Below are positions 28,822 through 36,732 of a DNA stretch of 64,000 nucleotides, piece by piece. Within the stretch, counting starts at the first letter, position 1. Every line of letters begins with the position of its first letter. The notes below the pieces were generated by a model, which saw nothing but the letters and a program-made list of their open reading frames with translations, made no database searches and had not been told where the DNA came from. Both the position numbers and the translations under genes were made by a program. This DNA comes from Bacteroidales bacterium (lineage in GTDB: Bacteria; Bacteroidota; Bacteroidia; Bacteroidales; UBA3824), in assembly GCA_017412115.1 (NCBI GenBank), contig JAFPYR010000098.1, positions 37,171-101,170 on the forward strand, read 5' to 3'.

Positions 28822-29832
28822 CTATCTATTTGATTGAGCAGTAAACGGTCTGTTAAACAAAACTTTAAAAAGTCCGATCCAATAGCCGATACCGTATGAA
28901 AGATGAACATTGAAAAAAATCCACGGCATAAGACAAACCATTGATGGTCTTTTTGTTACTTTTGCACTTTTGACACCCATCATGATTCCAATTGCAAAAT
29001 ACAAAATTAGAAATCCAAGGTATAGCCACAAAAATATTTTTGAAAAAACGCTTAATAAAGCACCAAAAATCAAGGCTGCAACAAATAATGGCGGAACAAA
29101 TTGTCTGATTGTTGCTGCTTGTCCTAACTTCTTATTAACCAACGGTTTGAAAAGTCCGTACTGATAAAACATTTTTCTTACTTTAGAAACTTTATCTCGG
29201 GCAAAATATTTTATTCCTAATGTCGGAATCAAGTAAATAGATCCACCGTTTTTTATAATTCTCGCATTAAGTTCATCGTCCTGATTACGAATAAGTTCCT
29301 CATCGTAAAGACCAACTTTGTCAAAAACTTCACGTTTGAAACAACCAAAAGGAACACTATCCGTTTTAACATTTTCTTTTGCGCCAATGCGATGAAGCGA
29401 ATTTCCCATACCAAATGGATTCTTCAAACACTCGGCAATTGCATACGAAATATTTGTTTCGTTACAAGGCAATGTTATAAAAACACCTCCGACATTGTCT
29501 GCATCATACTTTTTCAAATTGTCAACAAGACACGAAAAATAATTTTCAGGATATTCACAATGTCCATCCAAACGGATGATAGTATCACCTTTTGAAGCAT
29601 TAATACCGATATTCATCGCATACGGTACAGTACGGTAAGGATTTTTCAAAAGTTTTATGAAAGGATACTTTTGGGAATATTCATAAACAATTTGAGCGGT
29701 TTTATCGCCACTCATTCCATCAACAAAAAATATTTCCAAATCATCTTTTGGATAATCCTGCTGCAAAACAGAATCAATACATTTTGCAATGTATTTTTCT
29801 TCGTTATATATAGGACAAATTACAGATAACAT
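28822..29832 (-). CDS. Glycosyltransferase family 2 with C-terminal membrane helices (ExoA-like)
   Basis: LSVICPIYNEEKYIAKCIDSVLQQDYP ... FFVDGMSGDKT ... RLDGHC ... NQDDELN, followed by 3-4 TM helices. Confidence 0.85.
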   Translation of the reverse strand: MLSVICPIYNEEKYIAKCIDSVLQQDYPKDDLEIFFVDGMSGDKTAQIVYEYSQKYPFIKLLKNPYRTVPYAMNIGINASKGDTIIRLDGHCEYPENYFSCLVDNLKKYDADNVGGVFITLPCNETNISYAIAECLKNPFGMGNSLHRIGAKENVKTDSVPFGCFKREVFDKVGLYDEELIRNQDDELNARIIKNGGSIYLIPTLGIKYFARDKVSKVRKMFYQYGLFKPLVNKKLGQAATIRQFVPPLFVAALIFGALLSVFSKIFLWLYLGFLILYFAIGIMMGVKSAKVTKRPSMVCLMPWIFFNVHLSYGIGYWIGLFKVLFNRPFTAQSNR

Positions 29833-29841
29833 TTGTTTTAT

Positions 29842-30204
29842 TTATTTTTCTGTTACTTGCCAATGTCCGCCCTTATCAGGACCGACACGGGTAATTAAAC
29901 CTTGTTGTTTAAGTTTATCAATATTATTGCGGACTCCTCTGTCAGATAATCCAGTTATTTCACATAATTCAGGAATTGTGATGTTTGGATCATGTTTCAT
30001 ACACGATAAAATTTTCACGGTACTTTTTCCATTATCATTTTCTGGGGCATTTAATTGACCCAAACCTGATATTTTAATAAAAACTATCGTAGAATGTGTT
30101 ATTTCAGACTTAAAACTTATTGTTTGACCAGTAAGTGAAGTCCACGTTTTAATTTTGTCAATACCATAACCTACATTTTCCGCAAGTTTTGCCGCACGAA
30201 AAAA
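29842..30204 (-). pseudogene. 3' remnant of a RecG-like/AlbA_2-HATPase_c_4 'putative DNA-binding' regulator gene (C-terminal wHTH only)
   Basis: 120 codons open from a TAA at 30205-30207, with no plausible start. Encodes FRAAKLAENVGYGIDKIKTW ... then a wHTH (ITIPELCEITGLSDRGVRNNIDKLKQQGLITRVG). Shares a 193-bp repeat with the next remnant. Confidence 0.6.
30012..30204 (-). repeat. Direct repeat copy A (~193 bp, roughly 90% identical to 30613-30805)
   Basis: Base-by-base comparison: TTTTCACGGTACTTTTTCCATTATCATTTTCTGGGGCATTTAATTGACCCAAACCTGA... through ...CCGCAAGTTTTGCCGC, with scattered mismatches. Offset between copies is 601 bp. Confidence 0.9.
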
Positions 30205-30523
30205 TTAATAAATTAACATATTTTCATCATCATACCTATAACAGAAAATATCTGTTTTTTTGCAGCATTTAAAACATCGGAAAAAGCCTATGATTTCATT
30301 ATATAAGCGATTTACCTTTTTCAGTTAAATAATATTTTTGAGTTGGACTATTTGGAGAGTCGGGTTGTGTCATTGATATAATATCATAATCTAATAAACG
30401 TTTTACAATATTTTCTCGTACATACCTACGACTTGAAATCTCTACAAACTCTTTTATTTCCTTTAACGATAATTCCTTACCTAAAAGATATTTCAACAAC
30501 GAAAGTAATTGCTCATCTAATCT

Positions 30524-30583
30524 TACTTGACCACTTACTTGACCACTTACTTGACCACCTACTTGACCACCTACTTGACCACT
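30524..30583 (-). repeat. Coding 12-bp tandem repeat x5 (TACTTGACCAC[T/C])
   Basis: Five contiguous units, encoding GQVGGQVGGQVSGQVSGQV in the remnant ORF. Confidence 0.95.
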
Positions 30584-30612
30584 AGTTCCGATAACCTCAG
30601 TCTGTAAATTTC

Positions 30613-30805
30613 TTTTCACGGTACTTTTTCCATTATCATTTTCTGGGGCATTTAATTGACCCAAACCTGAAATTTTACTGAAAACTATCGTAGAATGTGT
30701 TATTTCAGACTTAAAACTTATTAATTGACCAGTAAGTGAAGTCCACGTTTTAATTTTATCAATACCGTATCCTGCATTTTCCGCAAGTTTTGCCGCTCGA
30801 AAAAG
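30613..30805 (-). repeat. Direct repeat copy B (pairs with 30012-30204)
   Basis: See copy A. The repeat covers the FRAAKLAEN...NDNGKSTVK coding segment in both remnants. Confidence 0.9.
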
Positions 30806-31116
30806 TTTAATTATGATTGGGTTGCGTGGCAGTGAAATTGCCTCTTGTTCTACTTTTTCCACAGGAACTATAAATCCGCCCGGATTTTGAAATTCAATAC
30901 GATTAGTAAAAACCCTTATCGTCGGGTGCATAGGGCTAAACCAATCTGAATGTGCAAGAAAGTTGATCAATCCTTCCCTCAGCGCATACAACCGAGATTC
31001 ATCATCCGGCGAAACTCCCATTTCTGTAGTAGTAAAAGGATTGTCAGCATAAAGTCTAAGCCGTTGAATTATAACATTATAGTATTCCCAAAATTTAAAT
31101 AAAAATTTACTCTAAT

Positions 31117-32427
31117 TTATTGCAATTCTTTTTGAATCAAGGACATTGCATACAACGGAATATCAGTAATGTTATTTCCTTTTTCATACTTCGACATTGA
31201 AAATCTTAGTACATAACGAGGCTGATAACGTTTAGTGAATACAGAAAGTGATTTTGCCCGCAAATTACGCTCGGCTTTTACTTCTATGGGCACAACTAAT
31301 CCCATCGTTTGTATAAGAAAATCTACTTCAGCAACACTATTTTCCGGAGACCAATAGTATATTTGGTAACCACCCAAAGACTGTAACTCCTGCAAAACAA
31401 ATTGCTCTGTCAATGCGCCTTTGTATTGCATAAAAAAGTCGTTTCCTTGAATCATCGTTCGTGCATCTAATCCCGACATCGCTCCTAAAAGACCAATATC
31501 CAATAAGTAAAGTTTAAAAGCATCAGGGTCTTCAAAACCTGCCAATGGAATCTCGCCTCCAAAACATCGACACACCTTATATGTCATACCTGCATCACAA
31601 AGCCATTGTATTGAAGTTTCAAAATCTCTTGCCCTAGCACTTTGTTTTAAAGCGGTATACACATATTTTTTATTTTCTTTTGACAACTGCGCAGGAATAC
31701 TATTCCAAACCATCAACATTCTTTTTACAATCTCCTTCGGCGGGTGCTTTGAAAAATCGTCTTTATAAGCTTTCAACAACTGGTTTTGAATCTTCCTAAC
31801 CTGTGAGTAATCCTTAGTTTCTATATACGTTTTCACAACCTCCGGCATACCACCTATGTAATAATATTCACGAAGCCATCCTATAAATCTTTCATGAAAA
31901 ACGGAAATACTCAACCAATCTCCTGTTTGCAACATCTGAGCCATCCCTTCCTTATCGTCTGCCATCAAAAACTCTTCAAACGTAAAAGGGAAAATAGATA
32001 CAAACTCAACTTTACCAACAGGAAATGAATCATTTTTATGATCTATAACGCCCAATAATGAACCCGCTGCAATTATATGCAATTCCGGCATTTTATCATA
32101 AAAATATTTTAACGCCAACAACCCTCGACGTGCAGATTGAATTTCGTCAAAGAAAAGTAAAGTTTTGCCTGCTACAATAGGTATACCTTTTGCTTGCTGT
32201 ATTGTCAATAAAATACGTTCAATATCAAAATTAAGTTCAAACAAACCTTGTAAATCATCATCAGTTTCAAAATTAACTTCAACAAAATTTTGAAATTCAG
32301 TATGCCCCAATTCACGAGCCAACCACGTTTTACCGGTTTGTCGCGCGCCCTCCAATATAAGTGGCTTACGGTGTTGAGCATCTCGCCTACACCAATCTAC
32401 CAACGTTGACATTACTCTTCTTTTCAT
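31117..32427 (-). CDS. AAA family ATPase with C-terminal DUF4143 domain (intact)
   Basis: Walker A (LEGARQTGKTW), Walker B (LLFFDEIQ), IIAAGSLLG, then a DUF4143-like region (KYVYTALKQSARARDFETSIQWLCDAGM) and a C-terminal EVDFLIQ...IPIEVKA nuclease-like tail. It has its own -7 box. Confidence 0.85.
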   Translation of the reverse strand: MKRRVMSTLVDWCRRDAQHRKPLILEGARQTGKTWLARELGHTEFQNFVEVNFETDDDLQGLFELNFDIERILLTIQQAKGIPIVAGKTLLFFDEIQSARRGLLALKYFYDKMPELHIIAAGSLLGVIDHKNDSFPVGKVEFVSIFPFTFEEFLMADDKEGMAQMLQTGDWLSISVFHERFIGWLREYYYIGGMPEVVKTYIETKDYSQVRKIQNQLLKAYKDDFSKHPPKEIVKRMLMVWNSIPAQLSKENKKYVYTALKQSARARDFETSIQWLCDAGMTYKVCRCFGGEIPLAGFEDPDAFKLYLLDIGLLGAMSGLDARTMIQGNDFFMQYKGALTEQFVLQELQSLGGYQIYYWSPENSVAEVDFLIQTMGLVVPIEVKAERNLRAKSLSVFTKRYQPRYVLRFSMSKYEKGNNITDIPLYAMSLIQKELQ

Positions 32428-32448
32428 ATATCATTCATATTATTGGCG

Positions 32449-32456
32449 CAAATATA
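32449..32456 (-). promoter_or_regulatory. Bacteroidetes-type -7 box (TATATTTG, within TATATTTGCGC)
   Basis: Minus-strand TATATTTG lies 21 nt upstream of the ATG at 32427. The 11-mer is identical to the one at 13757-13767. Confidence 0.45.
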
Positions 32457-32486
32457 CTATAATTAACTTAGTTATACAATTTTTTT

Positions 32487-32570
32487 CACATTTTCTCGAC
32501 GAACTTTTAAGCATACTCTCACATTTTCTCGACGAACTTTTATGTATACTCTCACATTTTCTCGACGAAC
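32487..32570 (-). repeat. Three tandem direct repeats, 33-bp period
   Basis: The core CACATTTTCTCGACGAAC occurs at 32487-32504, 32520-32537 and 32553-32570, between the Wzy stop (32603) and the ATPase promoter box. Confidence 0.9.
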
Positions 32571-32602
32571 ATTTCGTAATTCCTATATAATTCTGTCTTT
32601 AG

Positions 32603-33907
32603 TCATTTTGCTAATTCAGTCTTCTTTTCTTCGCTCATCATCAATAGCAACATCATAGCCCATGGAATAAACATCAATCCTGCATTTCGAGTTAACATAT
32701 TTTCAAAAAGCAAATTTACCATTACCGCCACAGCGAAACCAATTAACGGGAAGTATCTGTTTTTAATTCCATAGTAAAAAGCAGGAAAAAACATCGCTAA
32801 TAACAACAACAATCCAATCACACCCATCGAAAGTTGTGCGTAAATATATTGATTGTGGGTACCAAATCTAAAATCAACACCGTTTTTTTTGTATTGATTT
32901 TCAAGTTCGGTATCTGTGTCGCCGATACCGACTCCTAGAATGGGGTGTTGTTTAATGACTTGAATAGCGTTTTCCCAAATTATTATACGGTCGTTATCTT
33001 TCTCTATTTTTTCTTTCCGTTGCTCTGAATTTCCGTTAAAAGCTTCAACTAAATTTGTAAAAATCCATGATAAACGACTTGATTGTACAAGTTTAACGGA
33101 CATTAATGATATTACGACCATACCCACAATCAATACAAAAAACTTCTTTTCTATTATTGAGTAAAAAATAACAAATATCACAGCCACAATAACTACAGCA
33201 ACCAAATTAGCCCTACTTTGAAGAAGAAAAATAAAACCCAACAAATACAAACTAAAAAAACAAATACCAATTTTATATATGTTGTTTTTTATTGTATGAA
33301 GTTCACTCAACATAATAATCAGAGCAAACAAAATATATAATGCAAAATAAGAAGGATGAAAAAAATGCGATAAGTAATTGTAAGAAAAATGATTATACCC
33401 CGCAGTTATTGAATCGTATGCGTTACTATAAGACCAATCTATATTCAAAATAGTAGAACTAAATACTATTCCATTAGCCGTTTCTTGCCAACAATTTTTA
33501 TAAGATAAAACTAAACATACAATAGAAGACACTAATACTCCGGCAACAAATGCTGCAAAAGGCTGTTTATAGTTTCTTAAAATCCCCGCTGCTTTAAAAA
33601 AAAGTATATGCCATGAAAACGCTACAATTAGAAAATACCGTCCAATGAGTTGAAGTCCACGTCCTATTTCATCGCTCCATAAAAGACTTACAATACACCA
33701 AAACAAATATACATTTGCAGCAAAAATATAGAATTTTTCACCTTTACCAAGTTTCTTAAAACTGAAATTTTTATACATTTCTTTATCAATCAAAGTAAAA
33801 GCGACCGATAAAAACCAAAAAATATTTGACTCTGTAATATTAAATGGCAGAAGGAATACAAAAATAAGAAAAGAAATTAACGATATTTGTTTTATGTTTT
33901 TAAACAT
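32603..33907 (-). CDS. wzy: O-antigen polymerase/ligase family membrane protein (Wzy_C domain)
   Basis: About 11 TM helices, LLQSRANLVA, and a periplasmic loop with GVGIGDTD ... GTHNQYIYAQLSMGVIG, typical of the Wzy_C/O-antigen ligase family. Confidence 0.7.
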   Translation of the reverse strand: MFKNIKQISLISFLIFVFLLPFNITESNIFWFLSVAFTLIDKEMYKNFSFKKLGKGEKFYIFAANVYLFWCIVSLLWSDEIGRGLQLIGRYFLIVAFSWHILFFKAAGILRNYKQPFAAFVAGVLVSSIVCLVLSYKNCWQETANGIVFSSTILNIDWSYSNAYDSITAGYNHFSYNYLSHFFHPSYFALYILFALIIMLSELHTIKNNIYKIGICFFSLYLLGFIFLLQSRANLVAVVIVAVIFVIFYSIIEKKFFVLIVGMVVISLMSVKLVQSSRLSWIFTNLVEAFNGNSEQRKEKIEKDNDRIIIWENAIQVIKQHPILGVGIGDTDTELENQYKKNGVDFRFGTHNQYIYAQLSMGVIGLLLLLAMFFPAFYYGIKNRYFPLIGFAVAVMVNLLFENMLTRNAGLMFIPWAMMLLLMMSEEKKTELAK

Positions 33908-33921
33908 TAGAAATCAATGAT

Positions 33922-34431
33922 TTAGTTTTTTTTAAGTCTTTCGTAATTTTCTACATTACGATACTTGATTACTTTTGCTGGATTGCCGCCTACAATAGCA
34001 CATTTGGGAACATCTTTGACAACAACAGATCCTATCGCAATAATCGCACCTTCAGCTATATGAACGTTACCCGAAATAATTACATCAGAGCCTATCCAAA
34101 CATAATCCTCTATACTAACATGTCTTTCTGTATTATGCTGTCCATACGGAAGGCCATCCCCATAATCGTAATCATGCGAACCCAACATAATTTTAACATT
34201 TTCGCCAGAATGAAAAAAAGAACCAATTTTCACGGTTCCATTTCCAGAAATTGTCATTCCATTGAATGAAACATCATTTCCTACAAAGACCTTTGCTGTT
34301 GAGGCTATACGAGCTATTTTAGCCGATATAAAATTCTTTCCACATTGTCTTAACATTCTTTTGCTCAAAAATGTTGAAATAAAACGACGAAATCTCCTAA
34401 AACAATTAAATATCAAATACAAAATATTCAT
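33922..34431 (-). CDS. Hexapeptide-repeat (LbH) acetyltransferase, WcaF/maltose O-acetyltransferase-like
   Basis: IGSDVIISGNVHIAEGAIIAIGSVVVKDVPKCAIVGGNPAKVI. Confidence 0.8.
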   Translation of the reverse strand: MNILYLIFNCFRRFRRFISTFLSKRMLRQCGKNFISAKIARIASTAKVFVGNDVSFNGMTISGNGTVKIGSFFHSGENVKIMLGSHDYDYGDGLPYGQHNTERHVSIEDYVWIGSDVIISGNVHIAEGAIIAIGSVVVKDVPKCAIVGGNPAKVIKYRNVENYERLKKN

Positions 34432-34435
34432 AATT

Positions 34436-35584
34436 TTATTTCAAGAAATTAGAAAGTAAAGAACATTCTTTGTCTGCAAGAAAATAATGTCGAGATTTCA
34501 AATCAACATATCTTTTTTTAAAAGTAACATCATCAAGAACAACATTTTTCTTAGAAAAATAAGCTTGAAGCAAAACTGTTGTAAATGAACCAATTACAAA
34601 GTTAGAACTTGCAATAGATTCTACAATAGGCACTTTTTTTGTATCTTCAATATCTTCTAAAGATACATATTTTTTCAAAACAGACATATTCGTATACCGT
34701 GGATGAGGACGATATTTTATCGTTTCACCATTATTTACCAACTTTTGCATTGAATTAACAATGCTGTGAATTTCCTCCTCTGTTTCTTCGCCTAAATAAT
34801 ACTTATAATCTGCGAAACTCTCTTTTGAATAGTTCTTTTCACAATCAATAGTCAACGATGGTGGTACTGCAATCACAAATTGTGATTCTTCTGCACCAAG
34901 TTCCATAAACAATTGTTTATAATGTTCGTGCCAAATATAACATTCGTCAAAGTGAAAAAAAGTATCCCGAATATAATATAATTTTTCTCCGTGCATAACA
35001 TTTATGTGCTTTATTCCAAAAGAATTACAATATTCAGTTAAAACAGACGAAGTAAAAGAATATTCTGCACATACTTGTATGGCATTCGGCTTATATCTAT
35101 GAATCATGTAACTATAAAGAGAAATTTTTACAGAAACCTTTAATGTCAAGTACGGAGAAAATGTTCTGAACAAACATTTCAAACAAAATATCCAATCATT
35201 AAAAGTAAACATTTTACCAGAATACCATTCTTGAAAACTATATTGATATTTGCTCCTAAATTCACTCGGCAAAACCTCTTCCATACTTTTATACTCAGAA
35301 ATACAATCAACTTTATATAATAGTCGTTTAGAAACAAACAAACTTCTTATTAGAGCAATCAACCAATAAAAAGGCAAAACAATCAAAGAAACGATTTCAA
35401 AAAGAATACGTTTCCACAGCGGAACAAAAAACATCTGACATAGATATTGTTTTTTTGTTCTATCAAAATTATCAATAGGCTTCTTTAAGGTCTCAAAAAA
35501 TGCCCGTTGACTATCAACTGTAACATCAAACATACCTTTATCACCTTTTGCAAGGAAATTTGTAAGTTTAAATATATTAATCAT
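34436..35584 (-). CDS. Hypothetical membrane-anchored protein; possible GT-B-type (sialyltransferase-like) glycosyltransferase
   Basis: One TM helix (ILFEIVSLIVLPFYWLIALI). The C-terminal half carries KYRPHPR and VIGSFTTVLLQA, reminiscent of the H-P and S-S/T motifs of bacterial sialyltransferases. No firm family assignment. Confidence 0.35.
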   Translation of the reverse strand: MINIFKLTNFLAKGDKGMFDVTVDSQRAFFETLKKPIDNFDRTKKQYLCQMFFVPLWKRILFEIVSLIVLPFYWLIALIRSLFVSKRLLYKVDCISEYKSMEEVLPSEFRSKYQYSFQEWYSGKMFTFNDWIFCLKCLFRTFSPYLTLKVSVKISLYSYMIHRYKPNAIQVCAEYSFTSSVLTEYCNSFGIKHINVMHGEKLYYIRDTFFHFDECYIWHEHYKQLFMELGAEESQFVIAVPPSLTIDCEKNYSKESFADYKYYLGEETEEEIHSIVNSMQKLVNNGETIKYRPHPRYTNMSVLKKYVSLEDIEDTKKVPIVESIASSNFVIGSFTTVLLQAYFSKKNVVLDDVTFKKRYVDLKSRHYFLADKECSLLSNFLK

Positions 35585-36732
35585 CTTTTCCTTTTATAAT
35601 ATGCAACAATTCCTTTGACGGGATTTTTAAAAACGTAATAAAATATTAAAATATCAAATGCTCCAGGGAAAGCAATCCAATCAAGAGACATTCTTATAAA
35701 TACCGCAACAAGAGTAATAAAAATCAAACGGTCTCCTTTCTTAAATGAAACTATTGCAGTTCTTAGCAAAAGGAATATAAATAATAGAAACGGAATCAGA
35801 CCGTATTTAGAGTGAAGAATTAAAAATGAATTATGAATATTACCTTTATAATGAACCAAAAGAGGAAAATCACCAGATTCGTAATTAACTCCTAATACAA
35901 AATTTCTGACATTTAAAAACAAACCTGATAAATATTCAGACCAAATTTCTATTCTGCTGGATTGCATTCCAAATTTTTCATACTTTTCCTTGATATTATT
36001 TGTAAATGAAAAAGTATCATAAACAAAGAAAACAACAAAAAGCAAAACGAAAATTGAACACAAAATAATGATATTGGCTACACTGATTGTTTTTTTATTA
36101 ACCCAATATATTCCCAATGCCAAAAAAAACACAGACAAAAGTCCGGTTCTTGATGTTGACCAAACCACAATTAATCCTATAAACAAAATAGGGAAATAAC
36201 TAAGAGTGTCAGAAATTTTTCTATCAGACTTAAAATAAGAAAAATGTTTTAACCTTTTATGGTGATACGCTAAATAATACAAGATTAGAGAAAGAATACA
36301 TATTGACGAAATATTGTTTTCGCTACCACCATAAATCACGCTTTGAACAGGAACACCGATAATCATATAGACAGCAAAAACACCACCAACAAGATATACC
36401 AAAATCGTTGCGAGTTGTACAGAAATTCCATACCGCAAAAGGACTAAACCAAGTCCCATATAAGACCAAATCCAAAGTAAATTTTGAAAATTCGCATTAT
36501 GATTATAAAGTATTGAAAATGTCATAAACAAAGAAATCACCAATCCGAAAATTAATGAAGTGATCTTTGCAAAAGGTTTAGCGAAATATAAGTAATGAAT
36601 ATAAGCACATAACCCCGGCGCAACCAACAAAGCGTTACGCACAATATCAGGCATATTTATTAAATGAGTAAACAAATACAAGATGCAAAAAACAGCAACC
36701 CATACTTGCGTTTTTATCGAAAAGCTATCCAT
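35581..36732 (-). CDS. Second O-antigen polymerase/ligase-like membrane protein (Wzy_C-like)
   Basis: About 10 TM helices, WSTSRTGLLSVFF, and GNIHNSFLILHSKYGLIPF. 4-nt and 8-nt overlaps with its neighbours. Confidence 0.55.
   Translation of the reverse strand: MDSFSIKTQVWVAVFCILYLFTHLINMPDIVRNALLVAPGLCAYIHYLYFAKPFAKITSLIFGLVISLFMTFSILYNHNANFQNLLWIWSYMGLGLVLLRYGISVQLATILVYLVGGVFAVYMIIGVPVQSVIYGGSENNISSICILSLILYYLAYHHKRLKHFSYFKSDRKISDTLSYFPILFIGLIVVWSTSRTGLLSVFFLALGIYWVNKKTISVANIIILCSIFVLLFVVFFVYDTFSFTNNIKEKYEKFGMQSSRIEIWSEYLSGLFLNVRNFVLGVNYESGDFPLLVHYKGNIHNSFLILHSKYGLIPFLLFIFLLLRTAIVSFKKGDRLIFITLVAVFIRMSLDWIAFPGAFDILIFYYVFKNPVKGIVAYYKRKR

Larger units (their letters stand above)
30299..31111 (-). 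pseudogene. N-terminally truncated RecG-like/HATPase_c_4 regulator gene
   Basis: Frame is open from a TAG at 31112-31114. It encodes only the C-terminal ~270 aa (LREGLINFLAHSDW ... RIEFQNPGG ... PRNPIIIKLFRAAKLAENAGYGIDKI ... (GQVx)5 ... YYLTEKGK). The AlbA_2/N-terminal half is missing, and the ATPase gene ends 5 nt upstream. Confidence 0.6.
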
